Positions 31,657-41,762 of a stretch of DNA of 64,000 nucleotides are shown here, piece by piece; the stretch's first letter is position 1; each line of letters begins with the position of its first letter. The stretch lies in assembly GCA_965217185.1 (NCBI GenBank), contig OZ244252.1:1312001-1376000 (forward strand). Direction: 5' to 3'. Origin of the DNA: an uncultured Candidatus Entotheonella sp. (GTDB lineage Bacteria; Tectomicrobia; Entotheonellia; Entotheonellales; Entotheonellaceae). The position numbers were made by a program, and so were the translations under genes. The notes below the pieces were generated by a model, which searched no databases, had not been told where the DNA came from, and worked only from the letters and a program-made list of their open reading frames with translations.

Positions 31657-32589
31657 TTAAACAGGTCGATGAAAGACCGGCAAGACGTTTTCGATGTAAG
31701 CCTCGAACGCCTCCCAATCAATGGGCGCACGGAAGGCGATGTTCAATCCCTCGGCGCCCGCCTCCATGTATTCCCCGATGCGATCAATGACTTCCTGTGC
31801 CGTGCCGGTAAGCGCACCCTGACGGCGGTCAGGGGCCATTTTTTCCAGTCGTTCTCTCGCCTTTTCGGCACCGGCCGCGTCGGCAGCCATGAGAAAATGC
31901 AGATTGACGCTGCGCGTGATGCCGGCGGGGTCCCGGCCCAGTTTGTCGCAGGCGATCTCCAACTGTTCCATCCGTTGACGAAACTCTGCCGGTGACACGT
32001 AAGGCAGGTTGAACCCGTCGGCGTATTGAGCGGCCATGCGTGGCGTGCGTTTGGGACCGCGCCCGCCGATCCAGATAGGTAGCTTGCCGTTGACGGGTTT
32101 CGGCGCACAGACGGCGCCCTGCAGGTTGTAGTATTTCCCCGCGAAATGGGTCACGGGTTCCTCGAACAGTGATTTGATAACCTGGACCGCCTCTTCCATC
32201 TGGTCCAGCCGCTCCTTGATGGGTGGGAAACCGTAGCCGAACTCGCGAAACTCTTCCTCGAACCAGCCCCCACCCAGACCCAGCTCGCAGCGCCCGCCGC
32301 TGATGTGGTCGACCGTAATCGCTGCCTTTGCCAATAGTCCCGGATTGCGAAACAAGGTGCAGAACACCAAGCAGCCGACCCGCGCCCGAGACGTCACGGC
32401 CGCCAACGTCGCCATCGCGGCGACGGCTTCGAAGCACAGGTTGTCGCGGCTCTCGAGCGGGTTGGCGTAAAAATGATCCCACACGGAAATCCAATGAAAT
32501 CCGGCCTCGTCGGCCTGTTTCCACAGTCGCTTCAGGTCGTCCATCGGCAAGTCTTGCGGTCCTGCGTGCACGCCCAACTTGATACTCAT
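31657..32589 (-). CDS. LLM-class flavin/F420-dependent oxidoreductase
   Basis: ISVWDHFY; RNPGLLAKAAITVDHISGGR.ELGLGGGW; PIWIGG. Confidence 0.88.
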   Translation of the reverse strand: MSIKLGVHAGPQDLPMDDLKRLWKQADEAGFHWISVWDHFYANPLESRDNLCFEAVAAMATLAAVTSRARVGCLVFCTLFRNPGLLAKAAITVDHISGGRCELGLGGGWFEEEFREFGYGFPPIKERLDQMEEAVQVIKSLFEEPVTHFAGKYYNLQGAVCAPKPVNGKLPIWIGGRGPKRTPRMAAQYADGFNLPYVSPAEFRQRMEQLEIACDKLGRDPAGITRSVNLHFLMAADAAGAEKARERLEKMAPDRRQGALTGTAQEVIDRIGEYMEAGAEGLNIAFRAPIDWEAFEAYIENVLPVFHRPV

Positions 32590-32822
32590 GGATTACGGCT
32601 CCTTTCGCTTTGACCCAGCGGGATGGTGGCTTGGACTTGGATAAGGTCGTGGTGGATGAGGCGCGGCAGTATAGCATGCGGTCTTTCGGGCTCCGGCTCG
32701 TTTGCAAAATGCCTGTGTACTTCCTATTCTGAACGCCCATCGGCCGCCACGTCGCACGGCCAACATGGTCGGTCGTAAGCATCTCACAACAAGGCAAAGA
32801 ATCCTGAATCGGGGAGGTATGG

Positions 32823-33824
32823 GTGGCAACGTTCAAAGTCGTTACCGGGAAGATGTCGGGACCCTTGGCGGATCTCGGCGGGATAAATTACGAGATGGAA
32901 CGCGAGGCTCTGGAACCCATCGGCGCAGAAATCGTCGTGTTGGACGCCTCCGACGAGGACGCGTTTATCGCCCAAGCCAAGGACGCCGATGCCATCATTG
33001 GCCGCGGCGTGCGCCTGACGCCGAAAACCCTGGCAGCGCTGGAAAAATGCAAGGTCATCGCGGGTTCCGGCGTCGGCTTCGACTACGTGGACGTCCCCGC
33101 CGCCACACGGGCGGGCATTGTCGTCACCAATGTACCGGACGTGTTCATCGAAGAAGTCGCCGACCACGCCATGACCCTGCTGCTCGCCTGCTGGCGGCGT
33201 CTCATCACGCAGGACCGTATCGTGCGCGAGGGCCGTTGGGGCGACGGCCGCGAGGAGCTATCCAAGCACGCGCGCCTGCAGGGACAGACCCTGGGCTTCA
33301 TCTCCTTCGGCAATATCCCGCGGCTGATTACCAAGCGTGCCAAGGCTTTCGGCCTGCACGTCATCGCCTTCGACCCTTTCATTCACGAGCACGTCATGCA
33401 GCAATACGAGGTCGGCGTCACGGGCAGTCTGCAAGAGTTACTGCAAACCGCTGACTTTGTCTCCATGCACGTGCCGCTGTCCCCTGCCACGCAGGCTATG
33501 TTTACGGAGCCGCATTTTCACGCCATGAAGCCGACGGCGATTTTCATCAGCACCGGTCGAGGTCCGACGGTAGACGAAAAGGCCCTGATCAAGGCGCTTC
33601 AGGAAGGATGGATTGCCGGAGCCGGCCTTGACGTGTTCGAACAAGAGCCTGTGAGCACCGATAACCCGCTGCTCAAAATGGACAACGTCATCCTGTCGGC
33701 ACACGTGGCCTCGGCCTCCTCGCGCATGATGCCCGAGGCGCGTCGGCGGGCCGGGCGCGAGATCGCCGCCGTCCTTCAGGGGCGTCGTCCCCTCTCCCCG
33801 GTCAATCCGCAGGCGCTGACATAG
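32823..33824 (+). CDS. D-2-hydroxyacid dehydrogenase family protein (CtBP-like)
   Basis: GFISFGNI; STGRG; GLDVFEQEP; SAHVA. Confidence 0.88.
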   Translation: MATFKVVTGKMSGPLADLGGINYEMEREALEPIGAEIVVLDASDEDAFIAQAKDADAIIGRGVRLTPKTLAALEKCKVIAGSGVGFDYVDVPAATRAGIVVTNVPDVFIEEVADHAMTLLLACWRRLITQDRIVREGRWGDGREELSKHARLQGQTLGFISFGNIPRLITKRAKAFGLHVIAFDPFIHEHVMQQYEVGVTGSLQELLQTADFVSMHVPLSPATQAMFTEPHFHAMKPTAIFISTGRGPTVDEKALIKALQEGWIAGAGLDVFEQEPVSTDNPLLKMDNVILSAHVASASSRMMPEARRRAGREIAAVLQGRRPLSPVNPQALT

Positions 33825-33835
33825 ACGTGTAAGCT

Positions 33836-34474
33836 TTACGACGTTGTTTCATTCAGTGTTGCCGCGATGCGGGCCGTCACGATCTCCGGCGCGGTGTCGC
33901 CGTCGATGCGCTTTAGCAACCCCTGATCGCTGTAGAACGGGATGATGGGTGCCGTTTCGGCGTGGTACTTCTCTAGGCGGGCTGTGCAGGCTGACTCGGT
34001 ATCGTCCTTGCGTTGCACGACGCGACCGGCGATGTCTGCGGGTGGCGGCCTGAACTGGACGTGGTAGATGTCACCGGTCTCGGGGTCCATGCGCCGGCCG
34101 GTGACGCGCTCCAGAATGCGGCCGTCCGGCACCTCGATCAACACCACGGCGTCGAGGGCCACGGCGGCCTTTTCCAGATCGACGGCCAGTGCTTCGGCCT
34201 GCGGTCGGGTGCGTGGAAAGCCGTCGAGGATGAACCCCTTGGCGCAGTCCGGCTGCGCCGTTCGCTCAATGATCAACGCAATGACCAATTCGTCGGGCAC
34301 CAGTTGGCCGGCCTTCATGAAGCCGTCCGCCTGCTTGCCCAACGCCGTGCCGGCGGCCACCGCGGCTCGCAGCATGTCGCCGCTCGAAATGTGCGGAATC
34401 TGGAATCGTTCTACCAGGTATTCGGCTTGGGTTCCCTTGCCCGCTCCCGGCGGACCGATCAGGATCAAACGCAT
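33836..34474 (-). CDS. adk: Adenylate kinase
   Basis: GPPGAGKGTQA; HISSGDMLR; GFILDGFPRT. Confidence 0.96.
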   Translation of the reverse strand: MRLILIGPPGAGKGTQAEYLVERFQIPHISSGDMLRAAVAAGTALGKQADGFMKAGQLVPDELVIALIIERTAQPDCAKGFILDGFPRTRPQAEALAVDLEKAAVALDAVVLIEVPDGRILERVTGRRMDPETGDIYHVQFRPPPADIAGRVVQRKDDTESACTARLEKYHAETAPIIPFYSDQGLLKRIDGDTAPEIVTARIAATLNETTS

Positions 34475-34728
34475 AGTTGGGTGCTCACTATCTGTTGACT
34501 GTTTAAGGTTGGCGAATGATTTATTGATGGAAGACGGGACGTTTTCAATCTGTTGCCACGCCGCCCCAATATACATAGCGGCTCGCCGCCTTGCTAGACC
34601 TGTGGAATGCAATGCGTGTAGAATTGCTTTACCTCAAGCTGATCCCTGAGGGCATGGCAGCGCGGCTCATGATCCGGTCTCGATATCCTGACCGGGCAGA
34701 TGAACACCTCACGCGTAAGGAGAGCGTT

Positions 34729-35877
34729 TTGCAGTACAACCTTATTTCCGGCGACAACCATATTGACTTGACCTATTGTCCACCCGATTTGTGGTCGGCC
34801 GATGCGCCGGCCAAGTGGAGACTACTCGTTCCGCGGGTGGAGGAATTGGACGACGGCCTGCACTGGTTTGTGGAAGGCCAGGACAAGGGCATGTGGAACG
34901 GTGTCGGACCCGGTTTTCTAAAGTACCAGAAGGGTATGTTCGCTCGCATCGATACCATGAAGGACCTGGGTTTTGGGTGGGGCCATGATTGGGAAGCCAG
35001 CCCGCGCCCGACCACGCCGGAATTGCGGCTCGAAGACCTGGACCGGGACGGCGTCGACGCGGAAATCGTCTATGGCTGCCTGTTGGTCAACGATCTTATC
35101 CCCGACGGCGACCGCCGCGCCTGGGCATACCGGCGGTATAACGACTGGGTAGCCGACTTCGCCAAGCGCTCCGACCCGAATCGTGTCTTCCCACTGGCCG
35201 TCATCCCGAACAACGATCCGCAGGAAGGTGCGGCGGAAATCCGCCGCTGCGCTAAGATGGGCCTGAAGGGCGGCGACCTGCCCGTCAAACGGATGAGCGT
35301 GCCCCTGTGGCATCACGATTGGTACCACGTATGGGAAGCTGCTGCCGAGTGCAACTTCCCCATCTCCTTCCACTCCACTGGTTTCAAGGGTCTGCGGGCG
35401 CCTGACACGCCGGGGATGGAGGAGGAATACGCGATCGAATGGCGTCTGTTGCGCTCGGCGCTTTTCCAATTGGACGGGATGGAAGTCCTCGTGGCCCTGA
35501 TCATTTCAGGGGCTTGCGAGAAGTACCCCAATCTCAAGTTCATCCTCGGCGAGTCCGGCGTCACCTGGATACCCTACGTCCTCGATCGCCTTGATACCGA
35601 GTATGAGGACCGCGCCCGCGAGCTGGGCTTCTCGATGAAGCCGAGCGACTACTTCCGGCGCAACGGGTATACCACGTACCAGCAGGATGAGTTCATCTCG
35701 ACGATCATTCCGCTGGTGGGTGAGGACAACATCATCTGGGGCGCGGACTACCCGCATCCGGACTGCATCTGGCCCGATTCACGGCATCACCTTGAGGTCA
35801 ACCTCAGCGACGTGTCGGCCAGCGTGCAGCGCAAGATTACCTGCGAAAACGTGATCAAGTTGTACGATCTTGCCTGA
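34729..35877 (+). CDS. Amidohydrolase_2 family protein
   Basis: ISGDNH; ISFH; ESGVTW; WGADYPHPD; TTG start after AAGGAG. Confidence 0.85.
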   Translation: MQYNLISGDNHIDLTYCPPDLWSADAPAKWRLLVPRVEELDDGLHWFVEGQDKGMWNGVGPGFLKYQKGMFARIDTMKDLGFGWGHDWEASPRPTTPELRLEDLDRDGVDAEIVYGCLLVNDLIPDGDRRAWAYRRYNDWVADFAKRSDPNRVFPLAVIPNNDPQEGAAEIRRCAKMGLKGGDLPVKRMSVPLWHHDWYHVWEAAAECNFPISFHSTGFKGLRAPDTPGMEEEYAIEWRLLRSALFQLDGMEVLVALIISGACEKYPNLKFILGESGVTWIPYVLDRLDTEYEDRARELGFSMKPSDYFRRNGYTTYQQDEFISTIIPLVGEDNIIWGADYPHPDCIWPDSRHHLEVNLSDVSASVQRKITCENVIKLYDLA

Positions 35878-35931
35878 GCACGTTGTTGGTTCCGAGTGTT
35901 CGCATCTTGATTGACCAACTGCCCAAGGGTG

Positions 35932-36936
35932 CTAGCCTCTGGGCAGTTGGTGCCTCGGGTTGGGGTGGGCAAGGACGTCCTTGTTCACCAGATTCTCGGG
36001 CATCCTGCCTTGCAAGACCGCGGCGACTTCCCCTGCCGCGCGTTCCTCCAGTTCCAGTACCGCTTCTTCCGAGAAAAACGCTACGTGCGGCGTGATGATG
36101 GCATTCTCCAGGCCCAGCAACGGGTGGTCGGGGGCCGGGTGCGCTTCGACCAGCACGTCCAATCCGGCCCCGCCGATACGGTTGTTTGTCAGGGCGTCGT
36201 ACAGGGCGTCCTCGTCGATCAATGGGCCGCGCGCGCAGTTGATGAGGAACGCCGTCGGCTTCATGAGGTCGAGTTCGGCCGGGCCGATCATGTTTCTCGT
36301 CTCGGGGATCAGCGGCGAGTGCAGGGTCACGAAATCCGATTCCTTCAGCAGGGTCGGCATGTCTACCATTTTGCCGCCGAGCTTCGTTGCTGTTTCGGCG
36401 GGCACGAACGGGTCGCAGGCCAGGATCTCGAAGCCAAAGGCCAGCGCCTTCCGGCACACCGCTTGGCCGATACGGCCAAAACCGACGATGCCCAGCTTCT
36501 TGCCGCGCAGCCTCATGATGGGCATGGTCAGAGACAGGCTGCCCCAGCCGGAGATTTTGACCAGTCGGTCGAAATACGCAATGCGCCGGTTCCAGGTCAT
36601 CAGCAGCCCCATGACGTGATCGGAGACCTCCTCGACGCAGTAGTCCGGCACGTAGGTAACCGCCATGCCCAGTTCCGTTGCCGTGTCCACCGCGATGTTG
36701 TCTACCCCAACCCCGTAGCGTCCAACCACGACGCATTTCTCCGCCGCTCGCAGGACGGTATCGGTAACCTGCGCGAAGCACGTCAGAATGCCGTCAACGT
36801 CCCTCGCGAATTCGGCAAGGGTGGCCTCGCTGCCGTCCGGCGCCACCACGAGCTCGGCCCCGATCTGAGCCAGCACCGCCTTTTCTGGCTCTACGGAGGG
36901 CCACACGTAATCCGTCACTAATACCTTGTAAGCCAT
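35932..36936 (-). CDS. D-2-hydroxyacid dehydrogenase family protein (CtBP-like)
   Basis: RYGVGVDNI; GIVGFGRIG; NCARG; TPHVAF. Confidence 0.9.
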   Translation of the reverse strand: MAYKVLVTDYVWPSVEPEKAVLAQIGAELVVAPDGSEATLAEFARDVDGILTCFAQVTDTVLRAAEKCVVVGRYGVGVDNIAVDTATELGMAVTYVPDYCVEEVSDHVMGLLMTWNRRIAYFDRLVKISGWGSLSLTMPIMRLRGKKLGIVGFGRIGQAVCRKALAFGFEILACDPFVPAETATKLGGKMVDMPTLLKESDFVTLHSPLIPETRNMIGPAELDLMKPTAFLINCARGPLIDEDALYDALTNNRIGGAGLDVLVEAHPAPDHPLLGLENAIITPHVAFFSEEAVLELEERAAGEVAAVLQGRMPENLVNKDVLAHPNPRHQLPRG

Positions 36937-36946
36937 GGGTTCTCCT

Positions 36947-37411
36947 TCACCGCACACATAGCCTTCTTTGATTCAGAAGCCGTCTGTGACTTTCCTGGAA
37001 ATCGTTGCTCTGCTTCGTCGAATAAACCTTTCCTCTGGGCCGGTCGATGAGTTGTTTGTCCCCGAAATCGTGTCTCAGGTCATCATCGTTGGAATACAGC
37101 AGGCGAGCGTTGCTGAGTTGCGCCAATGCCACGATGTGCGGGTCGTTAGATCGACATACGCCCGCATTTCTGAGAGTCGCCGTCCGCTTGTCCACTTCCC
37201 GGTCGTTGACGCTTCTCGCCCTGCCCTGAAGCAGCGCCTGCTGCAACCAGAGCCGGAACGCATGGTTCCTTCCAAGTTCTACGCGCAACTGACCCCCGAC
37301 GACCAACTGACCTCTTCGCGAGTCAATCCACCTGCGGAACGCCACCCCGGCCGGGGGCCGGTCTCGTCCGAACACTTGATACGCGACGTCATTGTCAAGG
37401 ATAGCGCACAT
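36947..37411 (-). CDS. PIN-domain-like protein
   Basis: Acidic motif order ILDND...E...NDPHIVALA...LLYSNDDDL matches the PIN fold. Confidence 0.6.
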   Translation of the reverse strand: MCAILDNDVAYQVFGRDRPPAGVAFRRWIDSRRGQLVVGGQLRVELGRNHAFRLWLQQALLQGRARSVNDREVDKRTATLRNAGVCRSNDPHIVALAQLSNARLLYSNDDDLRHDFGDKQLIDRPRGKVYSTKQSNDFQESHRRLLNQRRLCVR

Positions 37412-37413
37412 GA

Positions 37414-38763
37414 CTACAGGCCAATCGAACGGTTGGTTTCTTCCATAAAGAATTGTCGGTAGCCGTCAGGGGCGCCCAAGATGTTTCCCTCTTCGTCGAT
37501 TCGGAGCGAGTGAATCCGAACGTCCAGATCGCCACGTTCAAAGTAGAGAATGGATACGTCCTCAGGTCTCAGTGTGGTTGTCTTGTCCCGGACGTCCATA
37601 CGCACCCGGTCGATAAGGTGGTCGCTGTGTGTTTCGACAACTAGTAGCCGTTCCGATCCAGCCACATGACAGAACAAGCTTCCAAGAGCGGCTTGCGCAC
37701 TCGGATGCAGGTGTATCTCCGGCTGCTGCAACAAAAACAAGAATGGTGCGTCTGGGCGCAGCAACTCGGTAATCACCGGGAGCACCTGACTGACGCCATA
37801 GCCCACGTCAATGAGATTGCGTTGAGGCCCTTTCAGGCGGGCCCCAAATCTTCTCACCTGCAACTGGAAGGGCTCACTGTCTCTCTTGCCCAGTGGCCGG
37901 ATGGAGATTTCATCGAAGAGACCAGCCGCTTTTCCGAAGTCTTCCAACCGTTGCTTGAGTTCCCGCCATTTGTCCCGTTCCTGAAAATATGTGTTGGCAA
38001 GCAACATGGGGACGTAGTTGCCTTCCGGGTCCGATGTGAGTCGAGAAGGGTCATAGGTACGACGCGGTTTTGTACGCACTGGTGCACTCGCGAACAAGAG
38101 TGGTGCAAGAGACCAAAATTCGTTAACAAGCAGACCGTAGATCAGTTTCTCATCCTCCGAGTTAAAGGCCGGAGATCCTGACATTGGTATGAATTTCCTG
38201 TCTTGTTTTTGCTCGTCCTTCGAAAACGAAGACCTTAAGGTGTGAATGAGAGGTGCCAATAGGTCGTCATCAAGGTCGAATCCGGCAGCGGCATCAGTTG
38301 GCACTTTTTTCTCCCAACTTCCCCTGTAAGTCCCAATCCGAAGGATATAAGGCTGGCCTGTTTCGAAGCATTCATCGGCCCAAGTGCTCCCCATTGAGAA
38401 ACATCTTCGCACCGGAACTGGTGCCGTGCCTCTTTTCCCAAACGTGACACTAAAATGGCGAGTCATGCCATCAACGGTCTGCCCTTTGGGTCCTATGACG
38501 CGAAACCCTGCTTCAAACGTCTTAGCCCTACCTCCACTGGCGCCTCGGCGATGGGTAATTTCATCAAAGCTTCCCAAATCATAGGGTTCTTCCTTAAAGT
38601 CTGGATTCCGAAAGCCGAGAGCTACGTCCACGAGTGCCCGGATTATGGCCAGAAAGGATGTTTTGCCGGTGCTGTTTTCACCCACGAGCAAGGTTAAGGG
38701 CGCCAAGCGGGCGGTCTGTCTATTGCGGAAGCACCGGAAGTTTTCGAGAGTGATCTCGTACAC
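37414..38763 (-). CDS. ABC-like ATPase (AAA_15/AAA_21 type with a DUF3696-like tail)
   Basis: ITLENFRCF; GENSTGKTS; DVGYGVSQVLP; LLQQPEIHLHP; VETHSDH; GTG start after GGAGG. Confidence 0.85.
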   Translation of the reverse strand: MYEITLENFRCFRNRQTARLAPLTLLVGENSTGKTSFLAIIRALVDVALGFRNPDFKEEPYDLGSFDEITHRRGASGGRAKTFEAGFRVIGPKGQTVDGMTRHFSVTFGKRGTAPVPVRRCFSMGSTWADECFETGQPYILRIGTYRGSWEKKVPTDAAAGFDLDDDLLAPLIHTLRSSFSKDEQKQDRKFIPMSGSPAFNSEDEKLIYGLLVNEFWSLAPLLFASAPVRTKPRRTYDPSRLTSDPEGNYVPMLLANTYFQERDKWRELKQRLEDFGKAAGLFDEISIRPLGKRDSEPFQLQVRRFGARLKGPQRNLIDVGYGVSQVLPVITELLRPDAPFLFLLQQPEIHLHPSAQAALGSLFCHVAGSERLLVVETHSDHLIDRVRMDVRDKTTTLRPEDVSILYFERGDLDVRIHSLRIDEEGNILGAPDGYRQFFMEETNRSIGL

Positions 38764-38834
38764 GTCGGTAAGCCTCCATTGCCAGAGTGCGGCTAACAAT
38801 ATGGCTGCGGTGGGCGTTTCGCACCGGATGAGTT

Positions 38835-40460
38835 CTACGGACCAAGCGGCTCGCCCATAGGGTTAAACATACAACCCTCGACAAAGATGTCGAAGAAATC
38901 CGGGGTGGTCTCCAGCTCGACATGCTCGATCCGGGGCGCCAACTCCTCCATGCGTTGCCGTAGGTTGCTGTTGATCAGCATAAGGGTCGCGCCTTCCAGT
39001 GACGCGTTGCCGACTTTGAGGATGCGCTCGGCGGGCATGTTGGCAATGAAGCCGATGTTGATGGCGTTCCCGACGTTGACGTAGTTGGCGAAACCGCCTG
39101 CCAGGTACAGCTTGCGGATTTCGCCAAGCGGCACGCCGTAGCGCCGCAGGGCGATGTACTGGCCCGAGAAATTGGCCGACTTGGCCTGTGCCAGGGCGCT
39201 GATATCGGCGCGTGACAGCGTCATGCCGCTCTCCGGCGCGAAGACGAAAGCGCCTTCGCCGTTCTCATAAGCGCCGAGTTCGTTCATTTTGCCGCAGCGC
39301 CGTAGTTCTGCCAGCAAATCGACGAGGCCGGAGCCGCAAATGCCCTGTGCCGGTGCTCCGCCAATCGTCTTGCAAGTGACGCCATCGTCGCCGATGGTGA
39401 CGGACTCCACGGCGCCGTCGTAACCGGGCATGCCGTACGTTACCTCTCCGCCCTCGAAAGCCGGACCCGCCGGGCACGACGCCGCGATCATGCGGTGGCG
39501 GTTGCCGACGACGACCTCCGTATTGGTGCCGACGTCCACCAGCAGGACAACGTCGTCTTCCTCGTCCAGCCCCACGGCGAGCAAGTCGGCCGCCACGTCA
39601 GCGCCAACGTGTGAACTGATGAGTGGCCCACCGTAGACGTTGGCGCGCGGAAAAATCCGTAGCCCCAGCTCCTTGGCTTTGACGTTCAGCGCGGTGGTCG
39701 CTCGTTGCCCCGACAGCATCTCCAGCTCGGTGATGGACTTGTAGGGCTTTTCGCCGATCGGCTGGACGTCGAACCCGAAGAACAGGTCGCGCATGGTGGC
39801 ATTGCCAACGATGACCACCTCGTAAATTCGCCGCGCTCGCACCTTGAGGCGCCGGCACATATCCCGTATCTCAAAGTTGATACCGGACAAGATGGCCTGT
39901 TGCAACTCACCCCGGAACGGCCCGCCGTCGTAGGATATGCGGTGCATGATGTCGCTGCCGCCAAAGCGTTGCGGGTTTTCGAACGAGCCCGTGTACAGAA
40001 TGTCGCCGCTTTCCAGGTCGACCAGATTCAGCGCGACCGTCGTGGTGCCGAGGTCCACCGCCAACCCGCAGACTTGGCCCCGGTAGTCGTCGAGGCGTTC
40101 GTCACCGAAATACACGCTGTCGCCCCTGCGAATGGTCAGTGGCACCAACGGCACTTGGCGGCGGATGCCATGCGTCAGAATCTTCGGCTGGCGCCGTAAC
40201 ACGGCAAATTCGATATCGGCATCGGGCTCGGCGATCAAGGCTTGGCAGGCAAGGCGGTACGGCTGGCGCAGGAAGCTTTCCGCCTGGGTCGGGGAATTGA
40301 GCGCTGGCATGCCGCGTTTGATTTCGACAATGCACTCGTGGCACTGACCGGTTCTGCCGCACGAGGTGGGCACGCGGACTTTCAAGGTGTCGGCGTAGTC
40401 GAAAACGGACTTGCCGGCAACGGCGTCGAGCCGGTGGGAGTCGTGGTACATGGGTGCCAT
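38835..40460 (-). CDS. ATP-dependent reductive activator of corrinoid proteins (RACo; 2Fe-2S plus ASKHA domains)
   Basis: N-terminal CGRTGQCHEC...RLACQ; VDLGTTT; DVGTNTE; AGPAFEG; GICGSG; LAGGF. Confidence 0.92.
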   Translation of the reverse strand: MAPMYHDSHRLDAVAGKSVFDYADTLKVRVPTSCGRTGQCHECIVEIKRGMPALNSPTQAESFLRQPYRLACQALIAEPDADIEFAVLRRQPKILTHGIRRQVPLVPLTIRRGDSVYFGDERLDDYRGQVCGLAVDLGTTTVALNLVDLESGDILYTGSFENPQRFGGSDIMHRISYDGGPFRGELQQAILSGINFEIRDMCRRLKVRARRIYEVVIVGNATMRDLFFGFDVQPIGEKPYKSITELEMLSGQRATTALNVKAKELGLRIFPRANVYGGPLISSHVGADVAADLLAVGLDEEDDVVLLVDVGTNTEVVVGNRHRMIAASCPAGPAFEGGEVTYGMPGYDGAVESVTIGDDGVTCKTIGGAPAQGICGSGLVDLLAELRRCGKMNELGAYENGEGAFVFAPESGMTLSRADISALAQAKSANFSGQYIALRRYGVPLGEIRKLYLAGGFANYVNVGNAINIGFIANMPAERILKVGNASLEGATLMLINSNLRQRMEELAPRIEHVELETTPDFFDIFVEGCMFNPMGEPLGP

Positions 40461-40652
40461 GCAGGCGTCTTCCTATGGAAGGTCTGTTAAGTCCGCCTGC
40501 ACGCCAAGCCAGGTTTGCTCCTGGACCAAGTGCGGGACAGGCGCCGGCACCCAGCCCTGAGCGGCATCACTGGAATCCGGCTGGCGCCGGGATGGCGGTT
40601 TGGGGGTAGTGGGGCAGGACATTTTCATGGTATGGGGTGATTCAGACTTTGC

Positions 40653-40895
40653 CTACGTTTCCCAGGCACTCCGGTAGTCGAGTTTGTCATCGCTCAGGCA
40701 GATGAACAGTTCGCCTTTTGCGACGCTGCGGTCTTGGTTGCGGCAGCCGAAGCCGGCGGTGCAGCGGTCCTCGGCGTTCTTGTACGGGCAGCGCCAGGTT
40801 GACACCTCGCTGGCGGTGTTCGACATGTCCCGGAAGATCGCTTCCAGACGGGCCAGGCTCGCGCGGTACTGCGCTTTGTCTATCTGCTGTGTCAT
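40653..40895 (-). CDS. Small Cys-rich hypothetical protein (80 aa)
   Basis: C-x8-C-x5-C-x14-C; RBS GGAG; lies within the corrinoid gene run. Confidence 0.7.
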   Translation of the reverse strand: MTQQIDKAQYRASLARLEAIFRDMSNTASEVSTWRCPYKNAEDRCTAGFGCRNQDRSVAKGELFICLSDDKLDYRSAWET

Positions 40896-40917
40896 GGCGT
40901 TCTCCGACCGGGGCTGT

Positions 40918-41667
40918 CTATGAAGCTTCCGGCATGGCCCCTTCGGCGATGAATGCCTTGGCGAGATCGACGCACGCAATGGCGTTGCCGCCGTAGGCGT
41001 CGGCCCCCATGTCGTCGGCGAATTCCTGCGTCAGCGGCGCGCCGCCCAGCATGATTTTCACCGTGTCGCGGAGCCCTGCTTCCTCGAAAGCCTCGATCGT
41101 CTTGCCCATATTCGGCATGGTGGTGGTCAGCAACGCCGACATGCCGAGGATTTCGGCGCCGTGCTCCATGACGGCATCGATGAACTCATCGGGCTTGGTG
41201 TCCACCCCCAGGTCGTGAACCACAAATCCGGAGCCGCGCAGCATCATGATGCAGAGATTCTTGCCGATGTCGTGCAGGTCACCCTTGACCGTGCCCATGA
41301 TGATCGTGCCCATCGGCTCGATGCCCGACGCCGACAGGATTGGCTCGAGATGGGTCATACCGGCCTTCATGGCGCGCGCCGCCACCAGCACTTCGGGTAC
41401 AAAGATGATGTTGTCGCGGAATTTGATGCCCACGATGGCCATCCCGGCAATGAGGCCATCGTCCAGGATGGTGTTGGCTTGGAACCCATCGTCCAGCGCC
41501 TGCTTGGTCAGCCGGTTTACCTCGTTGTGCTTACCGGTGATCAGGTTGTAGGCGATGTCGTGCATGATGGGGGCCGATTTCTCGAACAGGCTCTGGATGT
41601 GATTGATTTCTGCCGGCTTGGCGACGTGGGCGAATTCCTTCTCCAAGCCTTGGTTATGTATCTGCAT
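40918..41667 (-). CDS. Corrinoid (cobalamin-binding) methyl-carrier protein
   Basis: Cap domain FVPEVLVAARAMKAG; GTVKGDLHDIGKN (DxHxxG); MSALLTTTM. Confidence 0.95.
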   Translation of the reverse strand: MQIHNQGLEKEFAHVAKPAEINHIQSLFEKSAPIMHDIAYNLITGKHNEVNRLTKQALDDGFQANTILDDGLIAGMAIVGIKFRDNIIFVPEVLVAARAMKAGMTHLEPILSASGIEPMGTIIMGTVKGDLHDIGKNLCIMMLRGSGFVVHDLGVDTKPDEFIDAVMEHGAEILGMSALLTTTMPNMGKTIEAFEEAGLRDTVKIMLGGAPLTQEFADDMGADAYGGNAIACVDLAKAFIAEGAMPEAS

Positions 41668-41762
41668 GCCTCATGCTCCTTGGCGCAAATCCCACCTTGG
41701 GGTGTATAGGAACCGACGCGGCGATTGTATCAGGGGGAACGTTGGCGTTCTACCCGGCGTCC

